Source: Eledone cirrhosa
Lineage: Eukaryota
Direction of reading: 5' to 3'
Length of the DNA stretch: 21,000 nt
NCBI GenBank assembly: GCA_964016885.1
Contig: CAXHJY010000625.1
Span: 1 to 21,000, forward strand
Shown: piece by piece, positions 1-14,800 of the stretch
How positions within the stretch are numbered: position 1 is the first letter of the stretch
Layout: every line of letters starts with the position of its first letter
Notes under the pieces: model-generated
The model's database searches: none
Seen by the model: only the letters and a program-made list of their open reading frames with translations
What the model was told of the DNA's origin: nothing
Made by a program: the position numbers and the translations under genes

Positions 1-1224
1 CACATACAGTCACTACCTCAACATACACATACAGTCACTACCACAACATACACATACAGTCACTACCACAACATACACATACAGTCACTACCTCAACATA
101 CACATACAGTCACTACCACAACATACACATACAGTCACTACCACAACATACACATACAGTCACTACCTCAACATACACATACAGTCACTACCACAACATA
201 CACATACAGTCACTACCTCAACATACACATACAGTCACTACCTCAACATACACATACAGTCACTACCACAACATACACATACAGTCACTACCACAACATA
301 CACATACAGTCACTACCTCAACATACACATACAGTCACTACTTCAACATACACATACAGTCACTACTTCAACATACACATACAGTCACTACCTCAACATA
401 CACATACAGTCACTACCTCAACATACACATACAGTCACTACCACAACATACACATACAGTCACTACCTCAACATACACATACAGTCACTACCTCAACATA
501 CACATACAGTCACTACCACAACATACACATACAGTCACTACCACAACATACACATACAGTCACTACCTCAACATACACATACAGTCACTACTTCAACATA
601 CACATACAGTCACTACCTCAACATACACATACAGTCACTACCTCAACATACACATACAGTCACTACCTCAACATACACATACAGTCAATACTTCAACATA
701 CACATACAGTCACTACCTCAACATACACTTACAGTCACTACCTCAACATACACATACAGTCACTACCACAACATACAGTCACTACCTCAACATACACTTA
801 CAGTCACTACCTCAACATACACATACAGTCACTACCTCAACATACACATACAGTCACTACTTCAACATACACATACAGTCACTACCACAACATACACATA
901 CAGTCACTACCTCAACATACACTTACAGTCACTACCACAACATACACATACAGTCACTACCTCAACATACACATACAGTCACTACCTCAACATACACTTA
1001 CAGTCACTACCTCAACATACACATACAGTCACTACCACAACATACAGTCACTACCTCAACATACACTTACAGTCACTACCTCAACATACACATACAGTCA
1101 TTACCACAACATACAGTCACTACCTCAACATACACATACAGTCACTACCACAACATACAGTCACTACCTCAACATACACATACAGTCACTACCACAACAT
1201 ACAGTCACTACCACAACATACACA
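1..1224. repeat. Sub-domain A: mixed CCTCA/CCACA/CTTCA monomers, with 19-bp deletion monomers and CACTT variants near its end
   Basis: 19-bp units occur at about 771, 1040, 1090, 1153 and 1197. CACTT variants occur between 726 and 1070. TAGTG and CCACG variants are absent. The boundary is approximate. Confidence 0.75.
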
Positions 1225-4200
1225 TAGTGTGACTACCACAACATACACATACAGTCACTACCACAACATACACATACAGTCACTACCACAACATACACAT
1301 ACAGTCACTACCACAACATACACATACAGTCACTACCACAACATACACATACAGTCACTACCACAACATACACATAGTGTGACTACCACAACATACACAT
1401 ACAGTCACTACCACAACATACACATACAGTCACTACCACAACATACACATAGTGTGACTACCACAACATACACATACAGTCACTACCTCAACATACACAT
1501 ACAGTCACCACCACAACATACACATAGTGTGACTACCACAACATACACATACAGTCACTACCACAACATACACATACAGTCACTACCACAACATACACAT
1601 AGTGTGACTACCACAACATACACATACAGTCACTACCACAACATACACATACAGTCACTACCACAACATACACATACAGTCACTACCACAACATACACAT
1701 AGTGTGACTACCACAACATACACATACAGTCACTACCACAACATACACATACAGTCACTACCACAACATACACATAGTGTGACTACCACAACATACACAT
1801 ACAGTCACTACCACAACATACACATACAGTCACTACCACAACATACACATACAGTCACTACCACAACATACACATAGTGTGACTACCACAACATACACAT
1901 ACAGTCACTACCACAACATACACATACAGTCACTACCACAACATACACATACAGTCACTACCACAACATACACATAGTGTGACTACCACAACATACACAT
2001 ACAGTCACTACCACAACATACACATAGTGTCACTACCTCAACATACACATACAGTCACTACCACAACATACACATACAGTCACTACCACAACATACACAA
2101 ACAGTCACCACCACAACATACACATAGTGTGACTACCACAACATACACATACAGTCACTACCACAACATACACATACAGTCACTACCACAACATACACAT
2201 AGTGTGACTACCACAACATACACATACAGTCACTACCACAACATACACATACAGTCACTACCACAATATACACATACAGTCACTACCACAACATACACAT
2301 AGTGTCACTACCTCAACATACACATACAGCCACTACCACAACATACACATACAGTCACTACCACAACATACACATACAGTCACTACCACAACATACACAT
2401 AGTGTGACTACCACAACATACACATACAGTCACTACCACAACATACACATACAGTCACTACCACAACATACACATACAGTCACTACCACAACATACACAT
2501 AGTGTGACTACCACAACATACACATACAGTCACTACCACAACATACACATACAGTCACTACCACAACATACACATAGTGTGACTACCACAACATACACAT
2601 ACAGTCACTACCACAACATACACATACAGTCACTACCACAACATACACATAGTGTCACTACCTCAACATACACATACAGTCACTACCACAACATACACAT
2701 ACAGTCACTACCACAACATACACATAGTGTGACTACCACAACATACACATACAGTCACTACCACAACATACACATACAGTCACTACCACAACATACACAT
2801 AGTGTGACTACCTCAACATACACATACAGTCACTACCACAACATACACATACAGTCACTACCACAACATACACATAGTGTGACTACCACAACATACACAT
2901 ACAGTCACTACCACAACATACACATACAGTCACTACCACAACATACACATACAGTCACTACCACAACATACACATAGTGTGACTACCTCAACATACACAT
3001 ACAGTCACTACCACAACATACACATACAGTCACTACCACAACATACACATAGTGTGACTACCACAACATACACATACAGTCACTACCACAACATACACAT
3101 ACAGTCACTACCACAACATACACATACAGTCACTACCACAACATACACATACAGTCACTACCACAACATACACATACAGTCACTACCTCAACATACACAT
3201 ACAGTCACTACCACAACATACACATACAGTCACTACCACAACATACACATACAGTCACTACCACAACATACACATAGTGTGACTACCTCAACATACACAT
3301 ACAGTCACTACCACAACATACACATACAGTCACTACCACAACATACACATAGTGTCACTACCTCAACATACACATACAGCCACTACCACAACATACACAT
3401 ACAGTCACTACCACAACATACACATACAGTCACTACCACAACATACACATAGTGTGACTACCTCAACATACACATACAGTCACTACCACAACATACACAT
3501 ACAGTCACTACCACAACATACACATAGTGTGACTACCACAACATACACATACAGTCACTACCACAACATACACATACAGTCACTACCACAACATACACAT
3601 ACAGTCACTACCACAACATACACATACAGTCACTACCTCAACATACACATACAGTCACTACCTCAACATACAGTCACTACCACAACATACACATAGTGTG
3701 ACTACCACAACATACACATACAGTCACTACCACAACATACACATAGTGTGACTACCACAACATACACATACAGTCACTACCACAACATACACATACAGTC
3801 ACTACCACAACATACACATAGTGTGACTACCACAACATACACATACAGTCACTACCACAACATACACATAGTGTCACTACCTCAACATACACATACAGTC
3901 ACTACCACAACATACACATACAGTCACTACCACAACATACACATAGTGTGACTACCACAACATACACATACAGTCACTACCACAACATACACATACAGTC
4001 ACTACCACAACATACACATACAGTCACTACCACAACATAAACATAGTGTGACTACCTCAACATACACATACAGTCACTACCACAACATACACATACAGTC
4101 ACTACCACAACATACACATAGTGTGACTACCACAACATACACATACAGTCACTACCACAATATACACATACAGTCACTACCACAACATACACATACAGTC

Positions 4201-4910
4201 ACTACCACAACATACACATAGTGTGACTAACTCAACATACACATACAGTCACTACCACAACATACACATACAGTCACTACCACAACATACACATACAGTC
4301 ACTACCACAACATACACATAGTGTGACTACCTCAACATACACATACAGTCACTACCACAACATACACATACAGTCACTACCACAACATACACATAGTGTG
4401 ACTACCACAACATACACATACAGTCACTACCACAACATACACATACAGTCACTACCACAACATACACATACAGTCACTACCACAACATACACATACAGTC
4501 ACTACCACAACATACACATACAGTCACTACCTCAACATACACATACAGTCACTACCACAACATACACATAGTGTGACTACCACAACATACACATACAGTC
4601 ACTACCACAACATACACATACAGTCACTACCTCAACATACACATACAGTCACTACCACAACATACACATACAGTCACTACCACAACATACACATACAGTC
4701 ACTACCACAACATACACATACAGTCACTACCTCAACATACACATACAGTCACTACCACAACATACACATACAGTCACTACCACAACATACACATACAGTC
4801 ACTACCACAACATACACATAGTGTGACTACCTCAACATACACATACAGTCACTACCACAACATACACATACAGTCACTACCACAACATACACATAGTGTG
4901 ACTACCACAA
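1225..4910. repeat. Sub-domain B: CCACA-dominant higher-order repeat with a TAGTGTGACTA variant monomer mostly every 3-4 units (75/100 bp)
   Basis: The variant starts at 1225, 1375, 1450, 1525, 1600, 1700, 1775, 1875, 1975, 2125, 2200, 2400, 2500, 2575 and onward to about 4894. Confidence 0.88.
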
Positions 4911-5800
4911 CATACACATACAGTCACTACCACAACATCCACATACAGTCACTACCTCAACATACACATACAGTCACTACCTCAACATACACATACAGTC
5001 ACTACCTCAACATACACATACAGTCACTACCACAACATACAGTCACTACCACAACATCCACATACAGTCACTACCACAACATACACATACAGTCACTACC
5101 TCAACATACACATACAGTCACTACTTCAACATACACATACAGTCACTACTTCAACATACACATACAGTCACTACCTCAACATACACATACAGTCACTACC
5201 ACAACATACACATACAGTCACTACCTCAACATACACATACAGTCACTACCTCAACATACACATACAGTCACTACCACAACATACACATAGTGTCACTACC
5301 TCAACATACACATACAGTCACTACCACAACATACACATAGTGTCACTACCTCAACATACACATACAGTCACTACCACAACATACACATAGTGTCACTACT
5401 TCAACATACGCATACAGTCACTACCTCAACATACACATACAGTCACTACCTCAACATACACATACAGTCACTACTTCAACATACACATACAGTCACTACC
5501 TCAACATACACATACAGTCACTACCTCAACATACACATACAGTCACTACCTCAACATACACATACAGTCAATACTTCAACATACACATACAGTCACTACC
5601 ACAACATACACATAGTGTGACTACCTCAACATACACATACAGTCACTACCTCAACATACACATAGTGTCACTACCTCAACATACACATACAGTCACTACC
5701 ACAACATACGCATACAGTCACTACCTCAACATACACATACAGACACTACCACAACATACACATACAGTCACTACCTCAACATACACATAGTGTCACTACC
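4911..5800. repeat. Transition zone from CCACA-dominant to CCTCA-dominant monomers, enriched in the TAGTGTCACTA variant
   Basis: TAGTGTCACTA occurs at 5288, 5338, 5388, 5663 and 5788. CATACG variants occur at about 5406 and 5706. Confidence 0.65.
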
Positions 5801-8800
5801 TCAACATACACATACAGTCACTACCTCAACATACACATACAGTCACTACCTCAACATACACTTACAGTCACTACCTCAACATACACATACAGTCACTACC
5901 TCAACATACACATACAGTCACTACCTCAACATACACATACAGTCACTACCTCAACATACACATACAGTCACTACCTCAACATACACATACAGTCACTACC
6001 TCAAGATACACATACAGTCACTACCTCAACATACACATACAGTCACTACCTCAACATACACATACAGTCACTACCACAACATACACATACAGTCACTACC
6101 TCAACATACACATACAGTCACTACCTCAACATACACATACAGTCACTACCTCAACATACACATACAGTCACTACCTCAACATACACATACAGTCACTACC
6201 TCAACATACACATACAGTCACTACCTCAACATACACATACAGTCACTACCACACATACACATACAGTCACTACCTCAACATACACATACAGTCACTACCT
6301 CAACATACACATACAGTCACTACCTCAAGATACACATACAGTCACTACCTCAACATACACATACAGTCACTACCTCAACATACACATACAGTCACTACCA
6401 CAACATACACATACAGTCACTACCTCAACATACACATACAGTCACTACCTCAACATACACATACAGTCACTACCTCAACATACACATACAGTCACTACCT
6501 CAACATACACATACAGTCACTACCTCAAGATACACATACAGTCACTACCTCAACATACACATACAGTCACTACCTCAACATACACATACAGTCACTACCA
6601 CAACATACACATACAGTCACTACCACAACATACACATACAGTCACTACCACAACATACACATACAGTCACTACCTCAACATACACTTACAGTCACTACCA
6701 CAACATACACATACAGTCACTACCTCAACATACACATACAGTCACTACCTCAACATACACATACAGTCACTACCTCAACATACACATACAGTCACTACCT
6801 CAACATACACATACAGTCACTACTTCAACATACACATACAGTCACTACCACGACATACACATACAGTCACTACCTCAACATACATATACAGTCACTACTT
6901 CAACATACACATACAGTCACTACCACAACATACACATACAGTCACTACCTCAACATACACATACAGTCACTACCACAACATACACATACAGTCACTACCA
7001 CAACATACACATACAGTCACTACCACGACATACACATACAGTCACTACCTCAACATACACATACAGTCACTACTTCAACATACACATTCAGTCACTACCT
7101 CAACATACACATACAGTCACTACCACAACATACACATACAGTCACTACCACGACATACACATACAGTCACTACCTCAACATACACATACAGTCACTACCA
7201 CGACATACACATACAGTCACTACCTCAACATACACATACAGTCACTACCTCAACATACACATACAGTCACTACCTCAACATACACATACAGTCACTACCA
7301 CGACATACACATACAGTCACTACCTCAACATACATATACAGTCACTACTTCAACATACACATACAGTCACTACCACGACATACACATACAGTCACTACCT
7401 CAACATACACATACAGTCACTACCTCAACATACACATACAGTCACTACCACGACATACACATACAGTCACTACCTCAACATACATATACAGTCACTACTT
7501 CAACATACACATACAGTCACTACCACGACATACACATACAGTCACTACCTCAACATACACATACAGTCACTACCTCAACATACACATACAGTCACTACCT
7601 CAACATACACATACAGTCACTACCTCAACATACACATACAGTCACTACCTCAACATACACATACAGTCACTACCTCAACATACACATACAGTCACTACCT
7701 CAACATACACATACAGTCACTACCTCAACATACACATACAGTCACTACCACAACATACACATACAGTCACTACCACGACATACACATACAGTCACTACCT
7801 CAACATACACATACAGTCACTACCTCAACATACACATACAGTCACTACCTCAACATACACATTCAGTCACTACCTCAACATACACATACAGTCACTACCA
7901 CAACATACACATACAGTCACTACCTCAACATACACATACAGTCACTACTTCAACATACACATACAGTCACTACCACGACATACACATACAGTCACTACCT
8001 CAACATACATATACAGTCACTACTTCAACATACACATACAGTCACTACCACAACATACACATACAGTCACTACCTCAACATACACATACAGTCACTACCA
8101 CAACATACACATACAGTCACTACCACAACATACACATACAGTCACTACCACGACATACACATACAGTCACTACCTCAACATACACATACAGTCACTACCT
8201 CAACATACACATTCAGTCACTACCTCAACATACACATACAGTCACTACCTCAACATACACATACAGACACTACCTCAACATACACATACAGTCACTACCT
8301 CAACATACACATACAGTCACTACCTCAACATACACATACAGTCACTACCTCAACATACACATACAGTCACTACTTCAACATACACATACAGTCACTACCT
8401 CAACATACACATACAGTCACTACCTCAACATACACATAGTGTGACGACCTCACATACACATACAGTCACTACTTCAACATACACATACAGTCACTACCTC
8501 AACATACACATACAGTCACTACCTCAACATACACATAGTGTGACGACCTCACATACACATACAGTCACTACTTCAACATACACATACAGTCACTACCACA
8601 ACATACACATACAGTCACTACCTCACTATACACATACAGTCACTACTTCAACATACACATACAGTCACTACCTCAACATACACATACAGTCACTACCTCA
8701 ACATACACATAGTGTGACTACCTCACATACACATACAGTCACTACTTCAACATACACATACAGTCACTACCACAACATACACATACAGTCACTACCTCAC

Positions 8801-11800
8801 TATACACATACAGTCACTACTTCAACATACACATACAGTCACTACCTCAACATACACATACAGTCACTACTTCAACATACACATACAGTCACTACCTCAA
8901 CATACACATACAGTCAATACCTCAACATACACATACAGTCACTACCTCAACATACACATACAGTCACTACCTCAACATACACATACAGTCACTACTTCAA
9001 CATACACATACAGTCACTACCTCAACATACACATACAGTCACTACCTCAACATACACATACAGTCACTACTTCAACATATACATACAGTCACTACCTCAA
9101 CATACACTTACAGTCACTACCTCAACATACACATACAGTCACTACTTCAACATACACATACAGTCACTACCTCAACATACACATACAGTCACTACTTCAA
9201 CATACACATACAGTCACTACCTCAACATACACATACAGTCACTACTTCAACATACACATACAGTCACTACCACGACATACACATACAGTCACTACCACGA
9301 CATACACATACAGTCACTACCTCAACATACACATACAGTCACTACCTCAACATACACATACAGTCACTACCTCAACATACACATACAGTCACTACTTCAA
9401 CATACACATACAGTCACTACCTCAACATACACATACAGTCACTACCTCAACATACACATACAGTCACTACCTCAACATACACATACAGTCACTACCTCAA
9501 CATACACATACAGTCACTACTTCAACATACACATACAGTCACTACCTCAACATACACATACAGTCACTACCTCAACATACACATACAGTCACTACCTCAA
9601 CATACACATACAGTCACCACCTCAACATACACATACAGTCACTACCTCAACATACACATACAGTCACTACCTCAACATACACATACAGTCACTACCACAA
9701 CATACACATACAGGCACTACTTCAACATACACATACAGTCACTACCTCAACATACACATACAGTCACTACCACAACATACACATACAGTCACTACCTCAA
9801 CATACACATACAGTCACTACCACAACATACACATACAGTCACTACCACAACATACACATACAGTCACTACTACAACATACACATACAGTCACTACCTCAA
9901 CATACACATACAGTCACTACCTCAACATACACATACAGTCACTACTGCAACATACACATACAGTCACTACTACAACATACACATACAGTCACTACCTCAA
10001 CATACACATACAGTCACTACTACAACATACACATACAGTCACTACCTCAACATACACATACAGTCACTACCTCAACATACACTTACAGTCACTACCTCAA
10101 CATACACATACAGTCACTACCTCAACATACACATACAGTCACTACCACAACATACACATACAGTCACTACTTCAACATACACATACAGTCACTACCTCAA
10201 CATACACATACAGTCACTACCACAACATACACATACAGTCACTACTACAACATACACATACAGTCACTACCACAACATACACATACAGTCACTACCTCAA
10301 CATACACATACAGTCACTACCTCAACATACACTTACAGTCACTACCACAACATACACATACAGTCACTACTACAACATACACATACAGTCACTACCTCAA
10401 CATACACATACAGGCACTACCACAACATACACATACAGTCACTACCTCAACATACACATACAGTCACTACCTCAACATACACTTACAGTCACTACCTCAA
10501 CATACACATAGTGTCACTACCTCACATACACATACAGTCACTACCACAACATACACATACAGTCACTACCACAACATACACATACAATCACTACCTCAAC
10601 ATACACATACAGTCACTACCTCACATAAACATACAGTCACTACCTCAACATACACATACAGTCACTACCTCAACATACACATACAGTCACTACCTCAACA
10701 TACACATACAGTCACTACCTCAACATACACATACAGTCACTACTTCAATATACACATACAGTCACTACTTCAACATACACATACAGTCACTACCACAACA
10801 TACACATACAGTCACTAACTCAACATTCACATACAGTCACTACCACAACATACACATACAGTCACTACCTCAACATACACATACAGTCACTAACACAACA
10901 TACACATACAGTCACTACCACAACATACACATACAGTCACTACCTCAACATACACATACAGTCACTACCTCAACATACACATACAGTCACTACCTCAACA
11001 TACACATACAGTCACTACCTCAACATACACATACAGTCACTACTTCAACATACACATACAGTCACTACCTCAACATACACATACAGTCACTACCACAACA
11101 TACACATACAGTCACTACCTCAACATACACATACAGTCACTACCTCAACATACACATACAGTCACTACCACAACATACACATACAGTCACTACCTCAACA
11201 TACACATACAGTCACTACCTCAACATACACATACAGTCACTACCTCAACATACACATACAGTCACTACCTCAACATACACATACAGTCACTAACTCAACA
11301 TACACATACAGTCACTACCACAACATACACATACAGTCACTACCTCAACATACACATACAGTCACTACCTCAACATACACATACAGTCACTAACTCAACA
11401 TACACATACAGTCACTACCACAACATACACATACAGTCACTACCACAACATACACATACAGTCACTACCTCAACATACACATAGTGTGACTACCTCACAT
11501 ACACATACAGTCACTACCTCAACATACACATACAGTCACTACCACAACATACACATATAGTCACTACCTCAACATACACATACAGTCACTACTTCAACAT
11601 ACACATACAGTCACTACCTCAACATACACATACAGTCACTACCTCAACATACACATACAGTCACTACCTCAACATACACATACAGTCACTACCTCAACAT
11701 ACAGTCACTACCTCAACATACACATACAGTCACTACCTCAACATACACTTACAGTCACTACCACAACATACACATACAGTCACTACCTCAACATACACAT

Positions 11801-14800
11801 ACAGTCACTAACACAACATACACATACAGTCACTACCTCAACATACACATACAGTCACTACCACAACATACACATACAGTCACTACCACAACATACACAT
11901 AGAGTCACTACCACAACATACACATACAGTCACTACCTCAACATACACTTACAGTCACTACCTCAACATACACATACAGTCACTACCACAACATACACAT
12001 ACAGTCACTACCTCAACATACACATACAGTCACTACCTCAACATACACATACAGTCACTACCTCAACATACAGTCACTACCTCAACATACACATACAGTC
12101 ACTACCTCAACATACACTTACAGTCACTACCACAACATACACATACAGTCACTACCTCAACATACACATACAGTCACTACCACAACATACACATACAGTC
12201 ACTACCTCAACATACACATACAGTCACTACCACAACATACACATACAGTCACTACCACAACATACACATACAGTCACTACCACAACATACACATACAGTC
12301 ACTACCTCAACATACACATACAGTCACTACCTCAACATACACATACAGTCACTACCGCAACATACACATACAGTCACTACCTCAACATACACTTACAGTC
12401 ACTACCACAACATACACATACAGTCACTACCACAACATACACATACAGTCACTACCACAACATACACATACAGTCACTACCTCAACATACACATACAGTC
12501 ACTACCTCAACATACACATACAGTCACTACCTCAACATACACATACAGTCACTACCTCAACATACACATACAGTCACTACTTCAACATACACATACAGTC
12601 ACTACCACGACATACACATACAGTCACTACCTCAACATACACATACAGTCACTACTTCAACATACACATACAGTCACTACCACAACATACACATACAGTC
12701 ACTACCTCAACATACACATACAGTCACTACCACAACATACACATACAGTCACTACCACAACATACACATACAGTCACTACCACGACATACACATACAGTC
12801 ACTACCTCAACATACACATACAGTCACTACTTCAACATACACATTCAGTCACTACCTCAACATACACATACAGTCACTACCTCAACATACACATACAGAC
12901 ACTACTCAACATACACATACAGTCACTACCTCAACATACACATACAGTCACTACCTCAACATACACATACAGTCACTACCTCAACATACACATACAGTCA
13001 CTACTTCAACATACACATACAGTCACTACCTCAACATACACATACAGTCACTACCTCAACATACACATAGTGTGACTACCTCACATACACATACAGTCAC
13101 TACTTCAACATACACATACAGTCACTACCTCAACATACACATACAGTCACTACCTCAACATACACATAGTGTGACTACCTCACATACACATACAGTCACT
13201 ACTTCAACATACACATACAGTCACTACCACAACATACACATACAGTCACTACCTCACTATACACATACAGTCACTACTTCAACATACACTTACAGTCACT
13301 ACCTCAACATCCACATACAGTCACTACCTCAACATACACATACAGTCACTACCTCAACATACACATACAGTCACTACCTCAACATACACATACAGTCACT
13401 ACTTCAACATACACATACAGTCACTACCACGACATACACATACAGTCACTACCACAACATACACATACAGTCACTACCTCAACATACACATACAGTCACT
13501 ACTTCAACATACACATACAGTCACTACCTCAACATACACATACAGTCACTACCTCAACATACACATACAGTCACTACTTCAACATACACATACACTCACT
13601 ACCACGACATACACATACAGTCACTACTTCAACATACACATACAGTCACTACCTCAACATACACATACAGTCACTACCTCAACATACACATACAGTCACT
13701 ACCTCAACATACACATACAGTCACTACTTCAACATACACATACAGTCACTACCACGACATACACATACAGTCACTACCACGACATACACATACAGTCACT
13801 ACCTCAACATACACATACAGTCACTACCTCAACATACACATACAGTCACTACCTCAACATACACATACAGTCACTACTTCAACATACACATACAGTCACT
13901 ACCTCAACATACACTTACAGTCACTACCTCAACATACACATACAGTCACTACTTCAACATACACATACAGTCACTACCTCAACATACACATACAGTCACT
14001 ACTTCAACATACACATACAGTCACTACCACGACATACACATACAGTCACTACCACGACATACACATACAGTCACTACCTCAACATACACATACAGTCAAT
14101 ACCTCAACATACACATACAGTCACTACCTCAACATACACATACAGTCACTACTTCAACATACACATACAGTCACTACCACAACATACACATACAGTCACT
14201 ACCACGACATACACATACAGTCACTACCTCAACATACACATACAGTCACTACCTCAACATACACATACAGTCACTACCTCAACATACACATACAGTCACT
14301 ACTTCAACATATACATACAGTCACTACCTCAACATACACTTACAGTCACTACCTCAACATACACATACAGTCACTACTTCAACATACACATACAGTCACT
14401 ACCTCAACATACACATACAGTCACTACTTCAACATACACATACAGTCACTACCACGACATACACATACAGTCACTACCACGACATACACATACAGTCACT
14501 ACCTCAACATACACATACAGTCACTACCTCAACATACACATACAGTCACTACCTCAACATACACATACTCAACATACACATACAGTCACTACCTCAACAT
14601 ACACATACAGTCACTACCACAACATACACATACAGTCACTACCTCAACATACACATACAGTCACTACCACAACATACACATACAGTCACTATCTCAACAT
14701 ACACATACAGTCACTACCTCAACATACACATAGTGTCACTACCTCAACATACACATACAGTCACTACATCAACATACACATACAGTCACTACCACAACAT

